Source: an uncultured Eubacteriales bacterium (GTDB lineage: Bacteria > Bacillota > Clostridia > Oscillospirales > CAG-272). Taken from it: DNA of 27,103 nucleotides. The DNA lies in assembly GCA_900549725.1 (NCBI GenBank), contig URPL01000021.1, positions 1 through 27,103 on the forward strand, written 5' to 3'. The notes below the pieces were generated by a model. That model saw only the letters and a list, made by a program, of their open reading frames with translations. It made no database searches and was not told the DNA's origin. How positions within the stretch are numbered: the first letter of the stretch is position 1; each line of letters opens with the position of its first letter. This document shows, one piece after another, positions 1 to 8,596 of the stretch. The translations under genes were made by a program, and so were the position numbers.

Positions 1-1
1 T

Positions 2-1912
2 TTGAGTATTGTAAGCTTTGATAAAGTCGGCGTGGAATTCGGCGCATATACGCTGTTTCACGATATCAGCTTTGTGCTTGAAGCAAAGGACCGCCTCGGA
101 ATCGTCGGCGTCAACGGCGCCGGAAAATCCACCCTGTTTCGTCTTCTTTCCGGCGATTTGACACCGAGCAGCGGTGCAATTTATCTTTCGAAAAATGTCT
201 CTATCGGGATTTTAACGCAGAATGCCTCCTTTGAGGCAAGCGGCAGCGTATTTGACGAAATGCTTCTCGCTTTTTCTTCCGCGCTTGCGCTGGAGCGGCA
301 GATCAACGATTTGCACGATAGGTTAGAGCGCCGGGATCTGCTCACACCCGAGGAGCATGAAGCGCTTGCGGCGGAATATGCCATAAAATGCGACCGCTTT
401 GCGCAAATCGGCGGGTACGCTTTTCGCTCCCGCACCCGCTCAATGCTGCTTGCCGCCGGCTTTCCGGAGGACATGTTCTCCCTGCCGATTACCGCTCTCA
501 GCGGCGGACAGAAAACGCGGCTTTGCCTTGTGCGCCTTTTATTGCAGCAGCCGCAGCTTTTGATGCTGGATGAGCCGACAAACCATCTTGATTTCGAAAC
601 GCTGCAATGGCTTGAAACGGAGCTGCGCGCCTACACCGGCACCGTGATGGTTGTTTCGCATGACCGTTATTTTTTGGATCGCGTCGTCAATCGGATCCTT
701 GAAATCGAAAACCATACGGGCACACTCTATCGCGGCAATTATACCGACTATATCGAAAAAAAGAAAAAAGACCGCGAAATTGCGGAAAAGCACTATAAAA
801 ACCAGCAAAAGGAAATTGCAAGAATTGAGGCATATATCGCGCAGCAGCGCCGCTGGAACCGCGAGAGAAATATCATTGCCGCGGAAAGCCGCCAAAAAAT
901 GCTGGACCGCATGGTGAAGCTGGAACGCCCCGCCGACGATCCGGCCTCGGTTAAAATCGATTTTACGGTCGACTCGGATACGGGCAATGATGTTCTCACC
1001 ATGGAACAGCTGAAAAAAGGCTATCCGGGAAAACCGCTGTTTTGCGATGTGAGCGCCGTGGTCAAACGGCATGACCGCGTTTTTATTCTCGGGCCCAACG
1101 GCTGCGGGAAATCGACTCTGCTCAAAATTCTTGCCGGAAAGCTGCATCAGGACAGCGGCGAATACTTCTTCGGTTATCGTACAAAAATCGGCTATTATGA
1201 CCAGGAGCAGCAACAGTTGTGCAACGAAAACACCGTCCTTGACGAGCTGTGGGATTGCTATGAAGAAAAAAACGAAAAAGAGATTCGCGCGCTGCTTGCG
1301 CGGTTTCTCTTTTTCGCGGATGATATGGAGAAAAAGGTCGCATCTCTCAGCGGCGGGGAACGGGCAAGGCTCACGCTTTGCAAAATGATTCTTTCGCATG
1401 CCAATGTCCTCATTTTGGACGAACCGACCAACCACCTTGATATTCCCTCGCGCGAGGCTTTGGAGCAGGCGCTGCTTTCCTTTCCTGGCACGCTCCTTGC
1501 CGTATCGCATGACCGTTATTTTATCGCAAAGCTTGCAACCCGCATTTTCGATCTCGGGGGCGCCGCCTTTGCCGACTATCCCATGGGATACGAAGCATAT
1601 CTTGCAAAGAGGACGCAGAGCCGGGGAGATGCCGCGGCAAAAACGGAACAAAAAAGCGAAGGCAAAGAGGCGTATGAGCGGCAAAAGGAAACCGTTGCAA
1701 AGCGCCGCAAGGGAGAAAATGCCCGTCGCAGAGTAGATGAGGCATGCGCAAAAATCGAAAAACGGATTGCCGAGATTGATAAAGAGGCAAATGAAAACGC
1801 AGCGTTTGATTATATGCGCCTTTGCACGCTGAATGCGGAAAAGGAAGCATTGGAGGAACAGCTTTTACAGCTGTACGAAGAATCGGAAGACCTTGCCGCG
1901 CAAGGGTTCTGA
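2..1912 (+). CDS. ABC-F family ATPase (two tandem ABC domains, EttA/Uup/YheS-like translation factor). It may be truncated at the window edge or begin with TTG at position 2.
   Basis: Two Walker A motifs (GVNGAGKST, GPNGCGKST) and two ABC signature motifs (LSGGQKTRL, LSGGERARL) with an inter-domain linker. There is no transmembrane domain. A charged coiled-coil C-terminal extension is typical of ABC-F proteins. The ORF is 636 aa and runs from the first codon of the window. Confidence 0.85.
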   Translation: MSIVSFDKVGVEFGAYTLFHDISFVLEAKDRLGIVGVNGAGKSTLFRLLSGDLTPSSGAIYLSKNVSIGILTQNASFEASGSVFDEMLLAFSSALALERQINDLHDRLERRDLLTPEEHEALAAEYAIKCDRFAQIGGYAFRSRTRSMLLAAGFPEDMFSLPITALSGGQKTRLCLVRLLLQQPQLLMLDEPTNHLDFETLQWLETELRAYTGTVMVVSHDRYFLDRVVNRILEIENHTGTLYRGNYTDYIEKKKKDREIAEKHYKNQQKEIARIEAYIAQQRRWNRERNIIAAESRQKMLDRMVKLERPADDPASVKIDFTVDSDTGNDVLTMEQLKKGYPGKPLFCDVSAVVKRHDRVFILGPNGCGKSTLLKILAGKLHQDSGEYFFGYRTKIGYYDQEQQQLCNENTVLDELWDCYEEKNEKEIRALLARFLFFADDMEKKVASLSGGERARLTLCKMILSHANVLILDEPTNHLDIPSREALEQALLSFPGTLLAVSHDRYFIAKLATRIFDLGGAAFADYPMGYEAYLAKRTQSRGDAAAKTEQKSEGKEAYERQKETVAKRRKGENARRRVDEACAKIEKRIAEIDKEANENAAFDYMRLCTLNAEKEALEEQLLQLYEESEDLAAQGF

Positions 1913-1914
1913 AC

Positions 1915-2388
1915 TTATTTTTCAAAGCCGTGTACAAAGCCGTCAAGCGCGGCGGAGCAGATATCCCCGCCAATGATCTTATCCTTGTATTGCAAAAGAT
2001 TCAGATAAACGGGCCCCTCGTATCCGCCGTAGTTTGTGACCTCATAGGTGTATCGCATCACGGTTTTTCCGCGATAGCGTTCCAAATTCAGCCCCTGTGC
2101 CTGCTGGATGGCATTGTAGCTTTCATATACCTTGTCAAATTCCTGCGGAACCGTTACCTCCGTCTCTTCTTTCGGGCTCTGCCCTACCTCCCAGCCGAAT
2201 TGCTTGGCAAAAGCGATGCGGTCTTCATTGGTTTTGATATTATCGTAGGATACCTTTCCCTCGTTCAGCGGCGCCATTGTTTGCTCATAGCTCGGAACAA
2301 GCACCAAAAGCGCAACCAGTGCAAGAATACCGATTGTCAAAACCGCGACAAATCTGATCGTTGCGGCCCTGAAGGAATATACAAACAT
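1915..2388 (-). CDS. Small membrane-anchored protein, DUF4830-like (157 aa)
   Basis: The internal ATG at 2388 is preceded by GGGGGAAAGAAG (Shine-Dalgarno). The product begins MFVYSF with an N-terminal hydrophobic helix (VAVLTIGILALVALLVLV) followed by a soluble domain. The longer ORF in the track (to 2472) lacks an RBS. The gene is convergent with the ABC-F gene, with a 2-nt gap. Confidence 0.6.
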   Translation of the reverse strand: MFVYSFRAATIRFVAVLTIGILALVALLVLVPSYEQTMAPLNEGKVSYDNIKTNEDRIAFAKQFGWEVGQSPKEETEVTVPQEFDKVYESYNAIQQAQGLNLERYRGKTVMRYTYEVTNYGGYEGPVYLNLLQYKDKIIGGDICSAALDGFVHGFEK

Positions 2389-2482
2389 CTTCTTTCCCCC
2401 CATGCAAAACTGTATGCGCTTTACTATATGCATAAAATCCCGCCGAAATGAGGCAAAACCGAAAACTTGCACCCCTTTTCAT

Positions 2483-2510
2483 TGACTTCTCTCAAAAGGT
2501 ATGCTAAAAT
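2483..2510 (+). promoter_or_regulatory. Sigma-A-type promoter for the larA-like/gnd/kinase operon
   Basis: TTGACT (2483-2488), a 16-bp spacer, then TGcTAAAAT (extended -10, hexamer at 2505-2510). It lies about 25 nt upstream of the GGAGG RBS. Confidence 0.45.
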
Positions 2511-2534
2511 AATTCGGATCGGAGGATGATTTTG

Positions 2535-3794
2535 ATGATTCTGCAAACAGACGGAGTGATCAGCGAACAACAGGTTGCACAGGCGCTTGAAAAAACGCTT
2601 TCTGAGCAGAAAAAGCCACTCAAAAAAGTGCTTCTTTTGCCGCCTGATTTTACAAGAATGTATTCCGGCGCGGGTATGATTACCCGCATTTTATACGAAA
2701 TGCTTTCTGTGGGTGCCGAGGTGGATATCATGCCGGCGCTCGGTACGCATGTCGCCATGACACGGCAGGAGGCGCATTCCTTTTTCGGGGACAGCGTCCC
2801 TTACGAAAAGCTCATCGTGCATAACTGGCGCACGGATGTCGAAAAAATCGGAGAAGTGCCCGCCGACTTTGTCGCTTCGGTTTCGGAGGGCTTGGTTGAT
2901 ACCGCAATTGATGTTGAGGTCAACCGCCGCCTTTTGGACCCGACGTATGATCTGATCGTTTCCATCGGGCAGGTCGTGCCGCATGAGGTTGTAGGCATGG
3001 CGAATTATTCCAAAAACATCTTTGTCGGCTGCGGCGGCGCTTCCATGATCAATGCAAGCCACATGCTCGGCGCATTTTACGGGCTGGAACGCATCATGGG
3101 CAAGGATTTCTCCCCCGTGCGGCGCGTTTTTGATTATGCGCAGGAGCATTTTCTCAAAGATCTGCCCCTGCTTTATGTTCTGACCTGTACCACAAATACG
3201 GGCGATGTAACCAATTTGCACGGGCTGTATCTCGGCAATTCCCGCACGCTGTTTGAAGCCGCCGTTGCACAGAGCCAGGCGCGCAATATGACGCATCTTG
3301 AAAACCCGATTGAAAAATGCGTTGTTTATCTGGACCCGCGCGAATTTAAGAGCACATGGCTCGGAAACAAAGCAATCTACCGCACGCGTATGGCAATTAA
3401 GGACGGCGGGCAGCTCATCATCCTTGCCCCCGGAGTTGAACGCTTTGGGGAGGACGGCGAGGTAGATCGCCTGATCCGCCGCTATGGATATGTGGGCAGG
3501 GAGAAAATTCTTTCCCTGGTGAAAACGGAGCCGGAGCTTGCGCAAAATCTCTCGGTCGCCGCGCATCTCATCCATGGCTCGTCCGACAGCCGCTTCTCTG
3601 TCACGTATTGCACAAAGCTGCTCAGCGAAGACGAAGTGCGCGGCGTCGGCTTTTCCTATCTGCCCTACGAGGAGGCGGCTGCGCTGTATCCTCCGCAAAC
3701 GCTGCGGGACGGAATACAAACCGTGCACGGTGAGACAATTTATTATATCGGCAACCCGGCGCTCGGGCTTTGGGATGCTGCACATACAAATTAA
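2535..3794 (+). CDS. LarA-family protein (homolog of the nickel-pincer-nucleotide-dependent lactate racemase; alpha-hydroxy-acid racemase/epimerase superfamily; substrate unknown)
   Basis: A 419-aa product whose conserved residues sit where the LarA catalytic residues do. An Asp-x-Thr-Arg motif (PPDFTR) lies near the N-terminus. A His is present in ALGTHVAMT. A Lys in NYSKNIFVGCGG is equivalent to the cofactor-tethering lysine. A following His is present in ASHMLG. The ATG at 2535 lies 9 nt after GGAGG, and the earlier ATG at 2526 abuts the RBS. Confidence 0.7.
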   Translation: MILQTDGVISEQQVAQALEKTLSEQKKPLKKVLLLPPDFTRMYSGAGMITRILYEMLSVGAEVDIMPALGTHVAMTRQEAHSFFGDSVPYEKLIVHNWRTDVEKIGEVPADFVASVSEGLVDTAIDVEVNRRLLDPTYDLIVSIGQVVPHEVVGMANYSKNIFVGCGGASMINASHMLGAFYGLERIMGKDFSPVRRVFDYAQEHFLKDLPLLYVLTCTTNTGDVTNLHGLYLGNSRTLFEAAVAQSQARNMTHLENPIEKCVVYLDPREFKSTWLGNKAIYRTRMAIKDGGQLIILAPGVERFGEDGEVDRLIRRYGYVGREKILSLVKTEPELAQNLSVAAHLIHGSSDSRFSVTYCTKLLSEDEVRGVGFSYLPYEEAAALYPPQTLRDGIQTVHGETIYYIGNPALGLWDAAHTN

Positions 3795-3814
3795 AAAGAC
3801 AGGAGCACAAAAAA

Positions 3815-5266
3815 ATGAAAAAATCGGATCTTGGGCTGATCGGGCTTGCCGTTATGGGCGAAAACCTCGTTATGAATATGGAATCCAAAGGCTTTACCGT
3901 TTCCGTATTCAACCGCACAACAGAAAAGGTAGAGCGCTTTGTAAACGGGCGCGCCAAGGGCAAAAACATCGTCGGCTGCTATTCTTTGCAGCAGCTCGTG
4001 GATTCCCTGGAAAAGCCGCGCAAGGTCATGATGATGATCAAGGCCGGCAAGCCGGTGGACGATATGATTGAGCAGCTGCTCCCGCTTTTGGACGACGGCG
4101 ACATTATCATCGACGGCGGAAACTCGCATTTTCCGGATACCATGCGGCGCTGCGCTTATGTTGAAAGCAAAGGCAAGCTGTATATCGGAACAGGCGTTTC
4201 CGGCGGTGAAGAGGGCGCACTGAATGGCCCCTCCATGATGCCGGGCGGTTCCCCTGCCGCATGGGCGGCGGTGAAGCCTATTTTTCAAAGTATTTGCGCC
4301 AAAGTGGAGGACGGCACCCCATGCTGCGACTGGGTCGGTGAAAACGGCGCGGGACATTTTGTGAAAATGGTGCACAACGGCATCGAATACGGTGATATGG
4401 AGCTGATCTGCGAGACCTATTCCCTGCTGAAAAATATTCTCGGTCTTACGGCGGACGAAATGCATGATGTTTTTGCCGAATGGAACCGCGGCGAGCTTGA
4501 CAGCTATCTCATTGAGATTACGCGCGACATTTTGGCATATAAGGATACGGACGGCTCTGCGCTTGTTGAAAAAATTTTGGATACCGCAGGACAAAAGGGC
4601 ACCGGAAAATGGACGGCAATTTCCGCACTGGACGAAGGTGTTCCGCTGACGCTGATTGCAGAGGCTGTGTTTGCCCGCTGCCTGTCCGCACAGAAAGAGG
4701 AGCGCGTTAAGGCATCCGAAATTTTGAGCGGACCCACGCCCCTGTTTGAGGGCGATCGCGCAGCATTCATCAACGATCTCAAAGACGCACTGCTTGCCGC
4801 AAAAATCGTTTCCTATGCCCAAGGGTATGCCCTGATGCGCGCTGCTGCCCGCAGCTACGGCTGGAACCTCAACTGGGGCGGCATTGCTCTGATGTGGCGC
4901 GGCGGCTGCATCATCCGCTCCGTATTCCTCGGAAAAATCAAAGAGGCATACGATGCCGATCCGGCACTGGAAAACCTGATGCTTGCCCCCTATTTCCGTG
5001 AGAAGCTGGAGAAAGGGCAAAAAGGCTGGAGAAGAATTTGCGCCTCTGCGATCACAAACGGCATCCCCGCACCGGCGCTCTGCGCGGCGCTTTCCTACTA
5101 CGACGGCTATCGCAGCGCCCGCCTGCCCGCAAATCTTTTGCAGGCGCAGCGCGATTATTTCGGCGCACATACCTATGAAAGGGTCGATCGCCCGCGCGGA
5201 GAATTCTTCCACACGGACTGGACCGGGCACGGCGGCAATACCTCCTCCTCCGCCTATAATGCGTAA
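3815..5266 (+). CDS. gnd: 6-phosphogluconate dehydrogenase, decarboxylating
   Basis: N-terminal NADP Rossmann motif (LGLIGLAVMGENLVMN). Full-length collinearity with the 6PGDH family (GTGVSGGEEGA, HNGIEYGDME) and a 483-aa product. AGGAG lies 9 nt upstream of the ATG at 3815. The ORF-track N-terminal extension overlaps the previous gene and was discarded. Confidence 0.9.
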   Translation: MKKSDLGLIGLAVMGENLVMNMESKGFTVSVFNRTTEKVERFVNGRAKGKNIVGCYSLQQLVDSLEKPRKVMMMIKAGKPVDDMIEQLLPLLDDGDIIIDGGNSHFPDTMRRCAYVESKGKLYIGTGVSGGEEGALNGPSMMPGGSPAAWAAVKPIFQSICAKVEDGTPCCDWVGENGAGHFVKMVHNGIEYGDMELICETYSLLKNILGLTADEMHDVFAEWNRGELDSYLIEITRDILAYKDTDGSALVEKILDTAGQKGTGKWTAISALDEGVPLTLIAEAVFARCLSAQKEERVKASEILSGPTPLFEGDRAAFINDLKDALLAAKIVSYAQGYALMRAAARSYGWNLNWGGIALMWRGGCIIRSVFLGKIKEAYDADPALENLMLAPYFREKLEKGQKGWRRICASAITNGIPAPALCAALSYYDGYRSARLPANLLQAQRDYFGAHTYERVDRPRGEFFHTDWTGHGGNTSSSAYNA

Positions 5267-5285
5267 ACGCGAAAGGAAACAAACA

Positions 5286-6359
5286 ATGAAGCTGAAAGAA
5301 AATGCAAAATATGCCCTGGTCGTTCCGACCAGCATGGGGGTTCGCATCAGCCCCGCAAACGGTCAACCCGTTGCCTCCAGCGACACATTTTTTATGCAGG
5401 CAACCAGTGCGGAAACCAATGTGGCGAGCATTGCCTCCTATCTCGGCCTGCCCGTACACGTGTTGACGGCATTTGTCAAGGACAGCCCGATTTCCGCTTT
5501 TATTAAATCCAATCTCCGCGCCCGCGGAATGAGCTTTGAAGGCAAAGAAGTGCCGCAGGGCGGCCCTTGGGGCTATCGCCACCAATTCAATATTGCCGAT
5601 TCCGGCAGCGGCGTGCGCGGGCCCCGCGTTTGTAATGACCGTGCCGGCGAGGTCGGCCGCACCATGACCGCCGACGATTTTGATCTTGAGCAGCTCTTTG
5701 TCAAAGACGGCGTAAAGGTGCTGCACCTGAGCGGGTTGATCGCGGCGCTTTCCGAAAAGACAAGCGCGCTCTGCCTCGCGCTTGCGCGCAAGGCAAAGGA
5801 AAACGGCACCCTTGTCAGCTTTGATTTAAACTATCGCGCTTCATTCTGGGTAAATCGCGAGAAAGAGCTGCGTGCGGCATTTACGGAAATTGCTTCACTT
5901 TCCGATATTCTTGTCGGAAATGAAGAAGATTTTCAGCTGGCACTCGGCATTGATGGACCGGAGGCGGGCGGCAAGGACCTCTTAGCAAAAACCGATGCAT
6001 TTCGCGGCATGATTGACCGTGTGCGCACGGTTTTCCCGAATGCCTCTGTCTTTGCAACAACGCTGCGCGAGGTGGAGAGCGCCAATTCTCACCTTTGGGG
6101 CGCCGTAATGCTTTACGGCGACGAATTCTATACAGCGCCCGCGCGCAGAATTGAGGTGCTTGATCGGATCGGCGGCGGAGACGGCTTTGTCGGCGGTCTT
6201 TTGTACGGGATTCTCCGTGGATGGGATCCGCAGCGCTGCCTTGCATTTGCTTGGAGCAGCGGCGCACTTGCGACGACTTTCCTTACCGATTATGCACAGC
6301 CGGCGGATGAAGAGCAGATTTTCTCCATCTGGAACGGCAATGCCCGCGTCAAGCGCTGA
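5286..6359 (+). CDS. PfkB-family carbohydrate kinase (2-dehydro-3-deoxygluconokinase/KdgK-like)
   Basis: PfkB signature GGGDGFVGGLLYGIL near the C-terminus and the ribokinase-fold layout (LVVPTSMGVR..., VGNEEDFQLALG). The product is 357 aa and follows gnd by 19 nt, with an AAGGAA RBS. The long N-terminal extension in the track overlaps gnd and is spurious. Confidence 0.8.
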   Translation: MKLKENAKYALVVPTSMGVRISPANGQPVASSDTFFMQATSAETNVASIASYLGLPVHVLTAFVKDSPISAFIKSNLRARGMSFEGKEVPQGGPWGYRHQFNIADSGSGVRGPRVCNDRAGEVGRTMTADDFDLEQLFVKDGVKVLHLSGLIAALSEKTSALCLALARKAKENGTLVSFDLNYRASFWVNREKELRAAFTEIASLSDILVGNEEDFQLALGIDGPEAGGKDLLAKTDAFRGMIDRVRTVFPNASVFATTLREVESANSHLWGAVMLYGDEFYTAPARRIEVLDRIGGGDGFVGGLLYGILRGWDPQRCLAFAWSSGALATTFLTDYAQPADEEQIFSIWNGNARVKR

Positions 6360-6371
6360 AAAAATAAAGAA

Positions 6372-6411
6372 ATGCGCTTCCCTGCTTTGTGCGGGGAAGC
6401 GCATTTTGCTT
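6372..6411. terminator. Bidirectional rho-independent terminator between the convergent kinase gene and the minus-strand lipoprotein gene
   Basis: A perfect 10-bp stem TGCGCTTCCC/GGGAAGCGCA (6372-6381 / 6393-6402) with an 11-nt loop. ATTTTGCTTT lies downstream on the plus strand and a T-rich tract (complement of AAAAAATAAAGAAA) on the minus strand. Confidence 0.65.
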
Positions 6412-6425
6412 TAAAGAAGAAAAAA

Positions 6426-7022
6426 TCAGTTTGCAAAGGTAACGGTTCTGCTTTTACGATCCATATCGGCATGATAAACAAGCATGGAGGTAACTGCGCG
6501 ATCCTCCTGCGGCAGGCTGTCACAGCAAAAGCGCAGCGTGAGCCGGCTGAACTGCGAAAAATCAAGATTTTCAAAAGAGAGCCGCAAAAAGGTATAGCGG
6601 CCGCGCTGCCGCTGCAGCAAAACAGTCCCCTGCGAGACAAGGTTGCCCCTCTCGTCGATCAGCTCAAAAGTAAACGGCATGCCATGAAGCTGCGGGAAGG
6701 CTTTATTATATTTTTGCTCAAGCGCCTGCGGAATTTTATACAACGTGCTGCGATTAAACCAAACAGTCATCTGCGCCTGAGAGCACTGCTTCACATAATC
6801 GATATAATCACAATGAAAATAACCGAATTCCGTAATATAGGAGCGCAGCATCTGCCGCTCCGCGGTCACAGAGCCGTCCGCTGCCGCAGCGGTACCGATT
6901 TCTGCGGTCTCAACCAGTTTTTTATATTCACGGGGAGGGTTGGATTGCCCCATACGAAGCAAAATTCCGACAAAGAGCAGCGCGCTGAGCACGCCAAGCG
7001 TTCCGAAAATCAATTTTTTCAT
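6426..7022 (-). CDS. Hypothetical secreted/membrane-anchored protein (198 aa)
   Basis: N-terminal signal/anchor MKKLIFGTLGVLSALLFVGILL. AGGAAA lies 8 nt upstream of the ATG at 7022. No recognizable catalytic motif. Confidence 0.6.
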   Translation of the reverse strand: MKKLIFGTLGVLSALLFVGILLRMGQSNPPREYKKLVETAEIGTAAAADGSVTAERQMLRSYITEFGYFHCDYIDYVKQCSQAQMTVWFNRSTLYKIPQALEQKYNKAFPQLHGMPFTFELIDERGNLVSQGTVLLQRQRGRYTFLRLSFENLDFSQFSRLTLRFCCDSLPQEDRAVTSMLVYHADMDRKSRTVTFAN

Positions 7023-7033
7023 AGTAAAATTTC

Positions 7034-7384
7034 CTACCTCTTTGCTTTTGCTTCACGATACTGGCAACTGGTCAGGCGAATCAGTTCTTTCAGATTATCA
7101 GGCTGCTGCGGCGTATCAACGGCTGCACGATTGCGGTGCAGCTCACCGCATTTTTCGCAGCGATAAATGATAATATAGCCTTTTTTCGTATCCGGAACGG
7201 CACTGACGGGGCGCAGAATGCCGCCGCAGGGGTTTGCCCGATCCCCGGGGTTGATATCCACATGCAATGAGCACAGGCAAAACGGGCAGTGATCCCGCGA
7301 GGAGGACAGCATGGGCAGCACTTCCCTGCCGCATACGGTACAGCGGAAGCCCTGATCATTTTTTAAAAAGCGTTTTGTTTGCAT
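7034..7384 (-). CDS. RNHCP-domain cysteine-rich protein (116 aa)
   Basis: Four CxxC-type pairs (CTVCG, CPFC, RCEKCG) and an R-D-H-C-P motif that matches the RNHCP domain signature. The gene is 11 nt from the next upstream gene. Confidence 0.6.
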   Translation of the reverse strand: MQTKRFLKNDQGFRCTVCGREVLPMLSSSRDHCPFCLCSLHVDINPGDRANPCGGILRPVSAVPDTKKGYIIIYRCEKCGELHRNRAAVDTPQQPDNLKELIRLTSCQYREAKAKR

Positions 7385-7394
7385 AACGCGCTAT

Positions 7395-7874
7395 TCAGTT
7401 CCCTTCGGCTTTATTGCGTTTTCCCTTTAATTTTTCATCAATTCCGTTGAAAGAAACGCCTTTGGTGAAAAAATAATTGACCAGCACCTGAATCACATCG
7501 GTGATAAACTTCATAACATAGGTATTGAGCGAAAGCACCGTGACGAGCAGATACATTGCAAGCAGCGCGCCAAGCTCTGTTACCGCACGGATTAGTATAA
7601 AAGAGAAAAAGCGCGCCAGATGAATACCGTCGCAGCGGATGCGGAAAACAAAGCGCTTTGTAACATAGTAAGAAAATAAAACGCTGACGATCCAGGAAAG
7701 TACATGCGCAAGCAAATAGACATGCTCGGCAATAAAGCGGTTGGAAACGCGGGAAAGCGGCGCATTCACACCCCAAAATACCCCATAGTTTACCGCCACC
7801 GTCAAAAGGCCGAAGAGTGCATATGTAATTAAAATATGGTGTTTCTCAAGCAAGTGTTTCAGTCGATTCTTCAT
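7395..7874 (-). CDS. GtrA-family membrane protein (polyisoprenoid-linked glycan translocation associated)
   Basis: A protein of about 159 aa with 4 predicted TM helices and a basic C-terminal tail, matching the typical GtrA size and topology. The ATG at 7874 is preferred because GAGGA lies 5 nt upstream. The alternative in-frame ATGs at 7880 and 7886 lack an RBS. Confidence 0.65.
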   Translation of the reverse strand: MKNRLKHLLEKHHILITYALFGLLTVAVNYGVFWGVNAPLSRVSNRFIAEHVYLLAHVLSWIVSVLFSYYVTKRFVFRIRCDGIHLARFFSFILIRAVTELGALLAMYLLVTVLSLNTYVMKFITDVIQVLVNYFFTKGVSFNGIDEKLKGKRNKAEGN

Positions 7875-7882
7875 TGCCATCC

Positions 7883-8473
7883 TCATGATGTTTGGATTTT
7901 GTGTAGCGCTTCCTCGTAAAACGGCATGCCGCCGAGCAAATTGATTGCTTCCAGAAGCGCGTTTGCACTGAGGTTATCCGGCAGAGCGCATTGCTTTGAA
8001 AGCGCTCTGCGCCGCTCGGCACTGTCGGCAGAGCCGGAAAAGCCGTCGGCATAAAAACGGGCTTTTGTAACTGCCGTTTCGGTATGCGGCACGGATTTTG
8101 CGTCGCCCGCAAACGGTAAAAACAATTGTTCCAGCGTTTTTTCGTCTATTCCCTCCACACCGAGCACCCCCTCTTTGGAAGGGGCCGCTTTGCGCTTCTC
8201 TTTTCCCGCGAGGCGGGGAATATATAAATGTGTCACGCAATCGACAGGCAGAATGCCGCGCAGAAAATTGCGGATTACGAGCCCTGCGCCGTCCGGATCG
8301 GTCAAAACAATCACGCCCCGGTCGGCACAAAGCCGCCGAATCAGCTGTTTTTTTTCTTCTTTTTTGAATATGCCGAAGCCGTCTGTTGTGAGTATCACCG
8401 CATCGATCACACGGCCGAGCCGTTCCTTGTCGTATTTTCCCTCAACAATCACAGGGCGATCGATTCTCAGCAT
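7883..8473 (-). CDS. rnmV: Ribonuclease M5-like Toprim-domain protein (5S rRNA maturase family)
   Basis: Toprim motifs are collinear with RNase M5: VIVEGKYDKERL (E-G-K-D), TDGFG, and VIVLTDPDGAGLVIRNF (DPD-x-G). The ATG at 8473 is preceded by GAGGAG plus 6 nt, and the longer ORF-track start lacks an RBS. Product 196 aa. Confidence 0.75.
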   Translation of the reverse strand: MLRIDRPVIVEGKYDKERLGRVIDAVILTTDGFGIFKKEEKKQLIRRLCADRGVIVLTDPDGAGLVIRNFLRGILPVDCVTHLYIPRLAGKEKRKAAPSKEGVLGVEGIDEKTLEQLFLPFAGDAKSVPHTETAVTKARFYADGFSGSADSAERRRALSKQCALPDNLSANALLEAINLLGGMPFYEEALHKIQTS

Positions 8474-8505
8474 CCGTAACTCCTCGCTATCCAAAACGAT
8501 ATGTT

Positions 8506-8534
8506 TATTATACACATCTTGCAAGCTTTTGTCA
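8506..8534 (-). promoter_or_regulatory. Perfect consensus sigma-A promoter for rnmV and the downstream genes
   Basis: On the minus strand the sequence reads TTGACA (8529-8534), a 17-bp spacer, then TATAAT (8506-8511). The predicted TSS lies about 25 nt upstream of the rnmV ATG. Confidence 0.55.
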
Positions 8535-8549
8535 ATTGATTCGGAACTG

Positions 8550-8580
8550 TAAAAAGGAGCCCCGCTAAAAAGCGGAGCCC
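8550..8580 (-). terminator. Rho-independent terminator ending the SPFH/zinc-ribbon/TPM operon
   Basis: The minus-strand RNA forms a 10-bp stem GGGGCUCCGC/GCGGGGCUCC (including 2 G-U pairs) with loop UUUUUA, followed by UUUUU. It lies 17 nt after the stop of the 8597..9148 gene. Confidence 0.6.
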
Positions 8581-8596
8581 CTTTCTCATTCCGGTC

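Noticed and set aside
539-1684. 381-aa ORF on the minus strand inside the ABC-F gene
   Set aside because: It is entirely antisense to a gene with strong ABC motifs. The frame is Arg/Phe-rich and low-complexity, with no RBS. It is a typical spurious antisense ORF of a GC-rich genome.
2691-3785. 364-aa minus-strand ORF overlapping the LarA-like gene
   Set aside because: It is antisense to a well-supported gene and has no motif or RBS. Its composition looks like an antisense artefact.
3791-5347. 518-aa minus-strand ORF antisense to gnd
   Set aside because: gnd on the plus strand has unmistakable 6PGDH motifs. The antisense frame is Ala/Gly/Arg-rich junk.
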